From: Nemertoderma westbladi
Lineage: Eukaryota; Animalia; Xenacoelomorpha
Assembly (NCBI GenBank): GCA_032718475.1
Contig: JAUCBJ010008280.1
Span: forward strand, 1-44,817
DNA: 44,817 nt
Reading direction: 5' to 3'
The stretch's first letter is position 1, and the number at the start of each line of letters is the position of its first letter. The notes under the pieces are model-generated. The model worked only from the letters and a program-made list of their open reading frames with translations, had not been told where the DNA came from and searched no databases. Shown one piece after another: positions 13,288 through 23,589 of this stretch. Position numbers and translations under genes: made by a program.

Positions 13288-13834
13288 TTTTCTGGGACCG
13301 AATTGTCCGGTACCGAATTGTTCGGGACCGAATTGTCCTAGGACCGAATTTTCTGGGACCGAATTGTCTGGGACCGAATTGTCCGGTACCGAATTGTCCG
13401 GGAACGAATTCTCCTAGGACCGAATTTTCTGGGACCGAATTGTCTGGGACCGAATTGTCCGGTACCGAATTGTCCGGGAACGAATTCTCCTAGGACCGAA
13501 TTTTCTGGGACCGAATTGTCTGGGACCGAATTGTCCGGTACCGAATAGTCCGTATCTTGATAGAAATATAATTCGGACCAAAAACAATTTAATATGAAAA
13601 TTGAATTACAAATATTTATATACTTATTTAGCATAATATTAATATGTATAAATTCAAGAATAAAAACGTATTAAATCAATAGCTTAATTTAATTTAATTT
13701 GGTCCTGGAAAATTCGGTCCCATTAAATATGTATGTTATGGGACCGAATTTTCTAAGTCAGTATCCGGTCAATTAGGTCCCAAAACACTAAATTAAAGGG
13801 ACCGAATTGACCGGGATTGAATTGTCCTGATTCC
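13288..13834. repeat. 15-bp minisatellite (GGGACCGAATTGTCY) with inverted copies; probable foldback/MITE terminus
   Basis: About 17 tandem units at 13288-13553. Inverted AATTCGGTCCC / GGGACCGAATT pairs at 13700-13830, ending ATTGTCCTGATTCC. Confidence 0.8.
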
Positions 13835-14464
13835 ATTTTCTTGGTGTCTGTCTTATTTTCGATATCATTTTTCATGTTTGGTGGCATCTCAACTGTCTGT
13901 CTGTCTTTCCGTTTGTCTGTCAATCCGTATGTTAAAAGATATTATATCGTACCACATAGTTAAAATCTTATGAGGTTTACCTGGTCTCGGATTTCATTTC
14001 CGATGTTAGCATTATTGATTGGCTGCAATGAAACTGTTTGTATGTTATGTCAGTATTGATGTTCAGACAGACAAAAAATTTCGTCCAGGAAATCCCAAAT
14101 AATGGCGAATATTTTAAAATAACGTCGTCGTTGTTCTATTTTAGATTGTTGGTATGCCGTCTAACATTTTGATGGACAAACCAACATGATGGACATGAAA
14201 AGACAGCTAGCTAGCTAGCTACAGTATTATAACTCGAGAAATAAAAGATATGTGGTGAGGCCATTTTCACCTACCTATGACATTGTCATTAATTTAACAT
14301 TAACATTTATTTGTCTAAAAAGGTTAAGCCTCTTAAACAAAAAAATTTGGCATAGAAACCCATAATTTCAATTCTCTTTCAATTTGTTTGAAATATGATT
14401 GTAGAAATATTTTGTCAAATTTTTCATGAAAATCTTAAGAGACACGAACAAAGATAAAATAAAT

Positions 14465-14880
14465 CATACAGCCAGCTATAAAGTCCATCTATTACCTGAT
14501 TGCTTATGGCTGCATGTTTTATTTTATCATTTAATTTGCAGCCATAAGCGTGGGCGCAAATGGCCTTATGGCTGCAGGGTAAATTATTTCCATGCAGCCA
14601 TAAGTCATTTAAAAAAAATAAAAGTTTCAGCTAAATATATAATATAACATAATTTATATAGCCAATTGTGCCAGATATATGGTTCCTCCAATTCCCTATC
14701 GGGAAATATGAAGCCATAAGGCCGGTCATCTCTTATGGCTGCATGTGACCATAAGGCCATTTTTGTGACCATAAGGCCATTGTCTTATATATGATGCAGC
14801 CATAAGACTTTACCCAATCGGGTAAAACCGGCATTATGGCTGCATGTGAGATACATATATATATATATATATATATGTAT
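14465..14880. repeat. Dense cluster of GCAGCCATAAG / CTTATGGCTGC inverted motifs ending at a (TA)n tract
   Basis: At least four hairpin pairs (14468-14516, 14538-14577, 14710-14745, 14794-14846), followed by a TA microsatellite at about 14855-14876. Same motif as in 3780-9525. Confidence 0.7.
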
Positions 14881-15458
14881 CCAACACGAACCATTATGGT
14901 CACTATTTGGAAAGCTGTTATGAAGCTTCTTTTTTACTTATAATCGTATAGCAGGCATCAAAATGCAGGATAACAAAGGTCATTATTTAAATGTGAACAA
15001 AAAAAATTCAAATCAATTCCTAAAAAACGACTAAACTTAAAAAATAAGCCAATGACCATATGGTACCTTGATGTAAACGATACTACCATGTGTTTCAACT
15101 TGAAGTTAACCATATTGTGTATCATACCGATAGTTTAATTAATTAATCTGTTTGCGGGGCGAGCCACGTAGTCTGTGAATTTAGTTTGTGAGAATTGTCC
15201 GTCTGTCCATCTGACTCACTCAATGTTTGAAAGTCAATAATTATCTTAATTTTTCAAACAAAAAGTTTAGAAAGTTTTAAGAATTACATCTAATTTCTTT
15301 CAGAGGAGGCTCCGTAAATCACGACGTTCACAGTTTCAGTTTTCACAGTCGGTAATGCCTATTTGCCTAATTGCTACGCCCGAAGTTGCCAAGTTGACAA
15401 CCTGAAACGACCTTGGAAAAAACCTCCCTATGATATTTAATATTTAATATATTTAATT

Positions 15459-16280
15459 ACTGGTACAAAAGTAAGACCCCCCTGGTACAAAAGTAAGACC
15501 CCCACTGGTACAAAAGTAAGACCCCCCTGGTACAAAAGTAAGACCCCCCTGGTACAAAAGTAAGACCCCCCTGGTACAAAAGTAAGACCCCCCTGGTACA
15601 AAAGTAAGACCCCCCCTGGTACACAAAGACCCCCCTGGTACAAAAGTAAGACCCCCCTGGTACAAAAGTAAGACCCCCCTGGTACAAAAGTAAGACCCCC
15701 ACTGGTACAAAAGTAAGACCCCCCTGGTACAAAAGTAAGACCCCACCTGGTACAAAAGTAAGACCCCCTGGTACAAAAGTAAGACCCCCCTGGTACAAAA
15801 GTAAGACCCCCTGGTACACAAAGACCCCCCTGGTACAAAAGTAAGACCCCCCTGGTACAAAAGTAAGACCCCCCTGGTACAAAAGTAAGACCCCCCTGGT
15901 ACAAAAGTAAGACCCCCCTGGTACAAAAGTAAGACCCCCCTGGTACACAAAGACCCCCCTGGTACAAAAGTAAGACCCCCCTGGTACAAAAGTAAGACCC
16001 CCCTGGTACAAAAGTAAGACCCCCACTGGTACAAAAGTAAGACCCCCCTGGTACAAAAGTAAGACCCCCCCTGGTACAAAAGTAAGACCCCCTGGTACAA
16101 AAGTAAGACCCCCCTGGTACAAAAGTAAGACCCCCTGGTACACAAAGACCCCCCTGGTAGAAAAGTAAGACCCCCCTGGTACAAAAGTAAGACCCCCCCT
16201 GGTACAAAAGAAAGACCCCCCTGGTACAAAAGTAAGACCCCCCCTGGTACAAAAGTAAGACCCCCCTGGTACAAAAGCAA
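15459..16280 (+). repeat. 22-23-bp minisatellite CTGGTACAAAAGTAAGAC(C)n
   Basis: About 37 units with a variable C-run, interspersed with a shorter variant CTGGTACACAAAGACCCCCC at about 15620, 15815, 15945 and 16140. Confidence 0.97.
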
Positions 16281-16416
16281 AAGTAATGGTATAAAGTACA
16301 AAGGTAAGACCGCCAAGACCCATTACCATTTCCCAGTTGAGTTGATAAAAATTGTTATTTAACTACAATTAAAACACTATTTATTAAAACAACACAACAC
16401 AGCAAAACTATTTATT

Positions 16417-17098
16417 AAAACAAAATACAAATTTGGTATTATCTCATGAGTATTTCATAACTAAATAATTCACATTTGGGTCATTATCCCAAGCCGTTTT
16501 TAGACTATACACAACGGATTGACTATATCTAAGCTTAAAAATCTAGGATAAAACAAAATACAAATTTGGTATTATCTCATGAGTATTTCATAACTAAATA
16601 ATTCACATTTGGGTCATTATCCCAAGCCGTTTTTAGACTATACACAACGGATTGACTATATCTAAGCTTAAAAATCTAGGATAAAACAAAATACAAATTT
16701 GGTATTATCTCATGAGTATTTCATAACTAAATAATTCACATTTGGGTCATTATCCCAAGCCGTTTTTAGACTATACACAACGGATTGACTATATCTAAGC
16801 TTAAAAATCTAGGATAAAACAAAATACAAATTTGGTATTATCTCATGAGTATTTCATAACTAAATAATTCACATTTGGGTCATTATCCCAAGCCGTTTTT
16901 AGACTATACACAACGGATTGACTATATCTAAGCTTAAAAATCTAGGATAAAACAAAATACAAATTTGGTATTATCTCATGAGTATTTCATAACTAAATAA
17001 TTCACATTTGGGTCATTATCCCAAGCCGTTTTTAGACTATACACAACGGATTGACTATATCTAAGCTTAAAAATCTAGGATAAAACAAAATACAAATT
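16417..17098 (+). repeat. 133-bp tandem repeat, five apparently identical copies
   Basis: CAAAATACAAATT recurs at 16421, 16554, 16687, 16820, 16953 and 17086, an exact period of 133. Confidence 0.97.
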
Positions 17099-17153
17099 CG
17101 GAAATAATTACATAATTACAATAATTACAATTCTTTATTACAAATAAAGAAAG

Positions 17154-17382
17154 TTAGCGTTTCCGGTAGTATTTTATAGTATTTAACCGGGCATATATTT
17201 GCTTATCGCTCTTTCCTGGAAAAAGCTGCCGAACTTTCGCTATCTTATAGCTGTTTCTAGGCATCCTTGCCCCCTTAATCTCGTCCCGGAAGACATCAAC
17301 CAGTCTTTGGTTGGATCGGGGAGTCCACTCTATACGTGTCTGTCGCCGGCGGTTGAATTGAGGACGATTGATCGGACTCAAA
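17154..17382 (-). CDS. Predicted terminal exon (exon 3) encoding a basic Myb/SANT-like helical domain
   Basis: Acceptor TTTTTATTTTCAG| at 17383. Reads LSPINRPQFNRRRQTRIEWTPRSNQRLVDVFRDEIKGARMP..KVRQLFPGKSDKQIYARLNTIKYYRKR*. AATAAA on the minus strand at 17134-17139. Phase matches exon 2. Confidence 0.65.
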
Positions 17383-17470
17383 CTGAAAATAAAAATACAT
17401 CTCTATAAATATTAACGTTGTCTAGCTGTGTGTCTGTCAGGTCTGACTGTTTATCTAGCTTCCTGTCTGG

Positions 17471-18693
17471 TAGGGATGCAACAGCTAAAATTTCATCCGG
17501 AGCCGGAGCCCGGAGGTTTCTCCGGGTAACAATGTGAGCTCCGGCCGGAACCAGAGCCGGAGCTTTGGTGAATTGATAATTCCAATGTACAGCATACAGA
17601 CAGACGAATGTTCGGGCTTAAATTAATGTTGTTTTAGAGGTCAGCATATTGCAATGGGCAATAGGAGCGTATTTTATTCCCCTTTCCCAAATTATTTCGT
17701 CAAATTATTAACTCTGAATGACAATAATTTCTGTGTCATTAAGTCCTGTCATTAGATCTCTTCATTGTCGCCACGCAAATACTTAGCGAAATGTTGATTC
17801 TAATGGAGAAACTTAAGGACAGCTGTACAACGATGCACCACCTAATGGCTAACTGTGATGAACCCAAATAATAATACTAAATACTATTTACTTTATTGTG
17901 GGAAAACTGGGACACACTGTTAGTTAAGACCCGAGTTTATTTATGTACCGAGTGAGCGCAACGATGGAGGCTTACATAAATATACAAGGGTCATAAACGA
18001 TGAATAGTGTCCATTCAACACAATGGTGTACGTGATTTTGTTACATTATGTCAACTTATCGGCGTTCTGAATGCTTAATTTTTAGCTTTAGTATTGTAAT
18101 GTTTAGCGTTTTGGCGCTCTAACCAAACATTTCTTGCAAACACTGAAAGTTACAATAACTTTTGAGTGTGTGCACGGATTTTGCTGAAATTGCATGCTAA
18201 CTTTTTTTACATCGATGCACTTTTGATTCATGTAATAAAATTTAAGAAATTCCACCAAAATTATTTTCACATTTTCTTATTTTCATTATGTTGCTTTTTT
18301 CTCCGTGAAAAAAATTAAATTCAATTCAATCCTATGGGATACTTATTTCCCTATGGGAAAAAGTGCTTCTTTTACTTCCGATTTTGGGGGATATTCGGAT
18401 CAAAAACTTGATGATAGCCATTGCAGGCTAAGCCTAAGAATATTTACCGTACTGCTGTTACCTTTACTGCAAATATTTGCATATTACAGACACCATTGTG
18501 TGAAAAGGGCACTATTCAGAGTTTATGACCCTTGTGTTTTTTATACTAATTAAAAAACTAATTATTTTAATTGAAATTTTAACAACAGAAGCTCCGGATT
18601 TGCTCCGGATGGATTGGCCCGGAGCCGGAACCAGAGCTAGAAAATTGAGCCGGAGCTCCGGATATCCGGAGCTGGAGCTCTGTTGCATCCCTA
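17471..18693. mobile_element. Non-autonomous hAT-superfamily DNA transposon (MITE)
   Basis: 14-bp TIRs TAGGGATGCAACAG / CTGTTGCATCCCTA (Ac-like TAGGGATG start). 8-bp TSD CTGTCTGG at 17463-17470 and 18694-18701. Subterminal CCGGAG repeats at both ends. Confidence 0.92.
17874..18549. mobile_element. Nested non-autonomous element, Crypton-like architecture
   Basis: Left imperfect hairpin (about 17895-18029) centred on CCGAGTGAGCGCAACGA. The ~47-bp arm at 17983-18029 is inverted at 18490-18537. Short direct repeat ATACTAA at both ends. The family assignment is an inference. Confidence 0.5.
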
Positions 18694-18964
18694 CTGTCTG
18701 GTATGACTGTCAGTCAGTCAGGACTGCCTGTCTGGTCTGGTTGACTAATGGCTACCAGCCATTGGCTAGTATAATATATGTTCTGCTGTTTGTCTGGATG
18801 TCGAATACCAACAACAACTTCCAAATTGTTGTCCCTATTCTCAGCTATTACTCAGTTGTCCAGGTAGTAAACGCAAAAGACGGATATCTCATACTGTACC
18901 GAATTCTCTACCGTACCGTCCACATTGTCCATAATGTGGCAATATTGTTGCAGGCAACGATCTA

Positions 18965-19290
18965 GACCAGGCAAAAACAGACAGACAGCCAGACGAGACG
19001 GTAGCCAACTTGACCAGAGAGACAGGTATATAGCCAAACGTTGCTGACAGACAGATTGACAGTCAAACCGACCAGGCCATTGATATAGACATACACACCA
19101 GACAGCCAGTTAGGTCAAACAGATAGAGAGATAGCCATCCAGAGCCGACAGGCAGATAGACCTATCAGCCAAACAGATGCCAGTCTGCCAGCCAAACAGA
19201 TACTCTGAGAGGCGACGGTCTGCGGGTTTGCCAGCTTAACAAACCGACAACAAACCAGCCAGACAGACAGCCAGACCTGACAGAAAGATG
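18965..19290 (+). repeat. Degenerate (CAGA/CAGC)n low-complexity tract
   Basis: Repeated CAGACAGACAGCC-like words; similar tracts at 20150-20290 and, inverted, at 20500-20780. Confidence 0.7.
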
Positions 19291-19319
19291 GAATATGCCT
19301 CCTGTTATTTATATGTATT

Positions 19320-20092
19320 TGTGGACCATACTGTATGGTGCTGCATTTAAATGTTATGGACCATATGGTACTAAACATTCACAGTTATGGACCATATGGT
19401 GCTGTTATTATAGTTGTGGAGTGGACCATATGGTGCTATTATTCATAGTTGTGAACCATAAGGTGCTATTATTCATAGTTATGGACCATATGGTGCTATT
19501 ATTCATAGTTGTGAACCATATGGTGCTATTATTCATAGTTATGGACCATATGGTGCCGTTATTCATAGTTGTGAACATATGGTGCCGTTATTCATAGTTG
19601 TGAACCATATGGTGATATTACTCATAGTTATGGACCATATGGTGCTGTTATTCATAGTTGTGAACCATATGGTGCTATTATTCATAGTGTCCCAGTGTCC
19701 GAGTGCATACAGCGCCTGAACTGCCTTAACATTAGCGATTGGCGCGCGGGTTCGAATCCGACTACAGGCTGTATAAATTTGGCACTGTTGTGTCCCTAAA
19801 CAAGACACTTTAGAAATTAGTGCTTACGCAAACCCAGCGGTACAATGGGAACCTGGCTTCTGCTGGGGGAGTAAAGCAAGGGGTGGATAGTTATGGATTG
19901 TTCACCCTTGGGAGTTAGTGTGGCGCCCTCCCTACCTTATAGGTAACAGCCGAGAGAGAGGAGCCTTCGGGTCGCCTCCGGTGTTTCGTGTGTCACATGT
20001 TCACTGATCACTTTTATTATTCATAGTGGTGAACCATATGGTGCTGTTATTCATAGTTGTGCAGTGAACCATATGGTGCTGTTATCCATAGT
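19320..20092 (+). repeat. 30-bp minisatellite CATATGGTGCTATTATTCATAGTT(GTGAAC/ATGGAC), interrupted by a SINE
   Basis: Period 30 (19427, 19457, ...) with alternating variants giving a 60-bp dimer. Resumes at 20015-20092; inverted degenerate copies at about 20413-20500. Confidence 0.9.
19690..20014 (+). mobile_element. tRNA-derived SINE with CORE-like central domain
   Basis: A-box-like TGTCCGAGTGC (about 19697) and B-box GGTTCGAATCC (about 19749). CORE-like GTTGTGTCCCTAAACAAGACACTTTA followed by CCCAGCGGTACAATGGGAACC. 14-bp TSD TATTATTCATAGTG at 19676-19689 and 20015-20028. Confidence 0.85.
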
Positions 20093-21168
20093 GTATCCCG
20101 TTAGTAAACGCAAAACACGAATATCTTGTTAACTTCTTGTCCATAATGTGTCACAGACCACTAGCCAGACCACGTAGACAAACTACCAAACAGACGGAGG
20201 GACAGACAGTCATACAGACCAGACAGACAGCCAAAAAGAGACACAATCAGACCAGATGGACAGCCATAGCACACAGACAGAGAGACATTCATACTGTAAC
20301 CTGCTCCCTTCCCTTACTTGAAATTTAAGATTGAGGCGGGATATTAATTCGCCGAGATGGGATTTGCGTCCAGTCCCCCCCCCCCCCCCCCCCCCTGTCT
20401 CGAAACTTAACAATAATAACCACATGGTCCACACCTGTAAATAACAGCACCATATGGTCCGCTCCACAACTATAAATAACAGCGTCATGGAGTCCATATA
20501 TCTGTCTTGTCCGTCCTTTCTGTTTGGTTGGCTGTTTGTCTGACTGCTTGCTTGCCTGGTTTGATGGTCTGACTGCCTGGATGGCTGTCTGTTTGGCTGA
20601 CACTGATGCTGACAGACTGTCTTTCGTCTGTCTGGCTATCCGTTTGACTGGGAGACTGTCTTCTGGCAGGTCTACCTGCCTGACATGGATGACTGTCTGG
20701 TTTGGCTGTTTGGTTGGCCGTCTCATCTTTCCCTGGCTGGTAAGTCTGTCTCTTTGCCTAGATGTCTGCCTGCTTGATCTGATTGTGAAACGCTTGCCAC
20801 ATCATAGACAGAAATATTTTCGTCTATTTTTGGTAAGAATATTCAAATTGGCTAAAAGCATACATTTTTGTGTGATTCGGGCTTGAGAAATCGTAACTAT
20901 ATATACCACTATTATTTTGTCACTTATTTTATTACAAAATTGAGTTATACCTAATAAAAAACCGACAACACCCTTAGGGATACCTTTTCTAGATATATCT
21001 AAAATTTGTAAATAGACCTTAGTTAACGAAACCCATGTGACAGTGTGCAAATTAACAAAATCTTAATTGATATATTTACAAGCAGCCTAGGAGCTTTACG
21101 CACTGCGGATGTGCCAATTCCTATACACTTTATGAACGCCCTCTTACGATGCTATAATATGATCTAAC

Positions 21169-21574
21169 CTGTCTGGAATTTGAAATGCTTCTATTTCTAC
21201 ATCCGAATCCGAAGTGTCAATTGCTTGTTGAGAAGATGAAACTGTTTCCATCGCTGCTTGAGGAGGTGGAATCGTATCACGATAAGAAACCTTTCCGCCG
21301 TAACTGTGGCCATTTCTGAGCCTTTTCGTTGCTGAAATTGGTTGGGATGATTTCCGAACGGATTTTAAAGGTAAAACTGATTCATCCGTTTCTTGGCGAC
21401 CTGGAACTGTTTCATCCGTTTCTTGGCGACCTGGAACTGTTTCATCCGTTTCTTGGCGACCTGGAACTGTTTCACCCGTTTCTTGGCGACCTAGAACTGA
21501 TCCAATCGTTTCTTGGGGGGGTGGAATACTGTTACGAGTCGGAACCGTTTCTCGCGAAGCGACCTCAGGGTGAC
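21169..21574 (-). CDS. Predicted internal exon (exon 2), low-complexity S/P/E/T-rich with a 10-aa repeat (PGRQETDETV)
   Basis: Acceptor TTCCTCTCTTGCTCTAG| and donor AG|GTTAGA. 406 nt, stop-free: GHPEVASRETVPTRNSIPPPQETIGSVLGRQETGETVPGRQETDETV...DTSDSDVEIEAFQIPD. Phase 1 in, phase 2 out. Not in the ORF track. Confidence 0.65.
21381..21515. repeat. 30-bp tandem repeat (~4.5 copies) inside predicted exon 2
   Basis: TTCATCCGTTTCTTGGCGACCTGGAACTGT at 21381, 21411, 21441 and 21471; the unit length preserves frame. Confidence 0.95.
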
Positions 21575-21684
21575 CTAGAGCAAGAGAGGAACGGTACCTA
21601 CATTAGGATGTTAGGTAGTTACACAATCTGAAAATCAGTACCTACCAGTACACCAGTCACACAAGGTTAAATATGTATATATAT

Positions 21685-23000
21685 ATACCGGTACCCGTAC
21701 CGGCGCCTTAAGTGGGGCGCGGGCCTAGTATAGGTAAACTGATAAAACGTTAAGTGCGATTTACTAGTGACCAGTTGTCAATTAGCAGAATTAGGCTATT
21801 CTACTAGTAGCGCAGTAGGTAGGCCCCTATTTGTTTTGTTTTAATCATGCAATTTTTATTTATAGGCCTACGCTTCTGTGACAGTGGTCTCTCCACCCAA
21901 ATAATATAGGCCTAATATAATATAATATACCGGCACTGACCTGTCAGCCAGTCTGCCTACTTCAGTACCGTAGGCCTAACAGCCTAACGGCACCTACCTA
22001 CCGTACCGTACGGGTACCGGACCGGTATTTATATTACTATACAGTCTGACATTTTAGCATTTGGCAGTCGGGTCGCATACTGGTCTGCCGGTAGGCCTAC
22101 CTACTTCAAAACCGCGACCGCGGAACATCAGTGTTATCCAGTTCTGCAGTTCAGTGTACAGTGTTCAGCAGTTATTTACCGGTATTGGTTGATTAGGGGT
22201 ACCGCTACCGGACCGGTAGGCCTACTGCAGTACTGGATTAGGTACCGGCTGACCGGTACTGTACGGTAGGCTATATTGACAAACTGACAAATACAGAAAC
22301 TGTTACAGGTGACAGGTACAATCTACAGCACTAACCGTCGATTTCAATTTCAAGAGTTGCTGCAGTCAGCAGTAGAATGAGTAGGCCCGCTCCCGCACAG
22401 CCGCATGTTGTTTCACCCATCTTTTACCAATGTGTCAGCTAGTTCTGTCTATCAGTATGTCAGCCACACCAGACACCAGAAGCACGGTCAGCGTCAGACC
22501 CACCGACCCACGTGGTAGGCCAGCCAATAGCTGAATAGCGCAATTGCAAGCAATAGCAGTAAAATAGTACCGGTAGGCTACAGCGGTACCGGTACTGTAT
22601 GTCTTCAGTCTTCAGGTCTTGGCTGAGCAACCAAGGCAAGGCCTACAGCTGTACAGGTTTACATGAGTGTGGACTGTCTGACTCGACTGACTGTACAACA
22701 GTACAATATGACATGCAACACAAGAAAGTAGCGCTGTTACTTTATGTACCGGTTCTGAAGGTGATATGTACTGTACTGTTCTAACTAGGAACATACCTAT
22801 GCCTAGGGCAAGAGCATGCCGATAGGAAAGTCAGTTCAGTTAGCTGTGATTGGCTAAGGGCTGAGGTGAGGGTATACTGTATATGTTGTATAGTTAGTAG
22901 GGCAGGAAGGGGGAAGGTTGTAGGCCTAAACCTCTAATCACCAAATAAATTCGGTTAAGTCTTTTCCGTATATTTATGTATAGCCTCTAAAGTAGGCTAT
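21685..23000. promoter_or_regulatory. Palindrome-rich, relatively GC/CpG-rich region around predicted exon 1 (candidate promoter/first intron)
   Basis: Many TAGGCCTA, GTACCGGTAC/TACCGGTA and TACAGT/ACTGTA words. CCAAT/ATTGG at about 22524 and 22850. The function is an inference. Confidence 0.35.
22336..22420 (-). CDS. Predicted first coding exon, signal-peptide-like
   Basis: AAAAGATGG start context; MGETTCGCAGAGLLILLLTAATLEIEID followed by G|GTTAGT donor (phase 1), which fits the exon 2 acceptor at 21574. Confidence 0.5.
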
Positions 23001-23589
23001 ATATATTTTATTGACAATAATTGGTAATAGTGAAACTTCGGACACTTCGCAATTAAATACAGTAAGCTACATGTAGATGCACGTCAGAGCCGGATTAAGG
23101 TTATCAGGGTGTGGGCTGAGTAATAAAAAGGGCCATTTCCGACGGGAGAGTAATGTATCATTAGCCAACGCTCCTGCCCATGTTTAGACATGTAGACCTA
23201 TAGCGGGATACTGTTGAACTGATGGTGTACTGGAAGTCTCTCAAATATCTCAACTTTTGTTCCTTTTGATGCCTACCAATTTTCAAATTGACAGGTTTAA
23301 ATCAGACCTGTCAGAATCAATTTAACATGCCAAGTTATTGGCATGTTAAAAAAGCAACGATGACAACGACATCGACAACAACTATTTGTAAATATTGACC
23401 CACCAGAGCGGCGTAGCCAGGATTCCGGAAAGGATTTGATGATTTGGATGATTAATAGTGAGTAAAATTCGAGAAAAAATTTTGGAAATAAAAATAATTT
23501 AATAAAAAGAGAACAATTTTGAGTTTTTTAATTTTTAGTTCTCGAGTTGTCGTTGTTTTTCTGTATGATGTAACTTTCAGTCAAATTGT

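Noticed and set aside
15437-16329. Three overlapping 270-290-aa ORFs
   Set aside because: The minisatellite lacks stops on the minus strand in all three frames, and variable C-runs shift frame freely.
16417-17098. CRISPR-like array
   Set aside because: The units are wholly identical with no unique spacers, there are no cas genes, and the context is eukaryotic. The same applies to the 28-bp and 30-bp minisatellites.
19690-19770. Functional tRNA gene
   Set aside because: It has A/B boxes, but I could not fold a convincing cloverleaf, and it continues into a SINE body bounded by a TSD.
21575-21597. Alternative exon 2 acceptor (ATGTAG|G at 21597)
   Set aside because: Weak pyrimidine tract and phase 2, which does not fit exon 1. 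It remains possible with a different upstream exon.
21329-21631. Plus-strand 100-aa ORF (HPFLGDLELF repeat)
   Set aside because: Likely an antisense shadow of the 30-bp repeat; the minus frame has a longer open stretch with matching splice sites.
23085-23420. hAT-like termini CAGAGCCGGATTAAGG and CAGAGCGGCGTAGCCAGG
   Set aside because: No partner TIR or TSD was found in the window.
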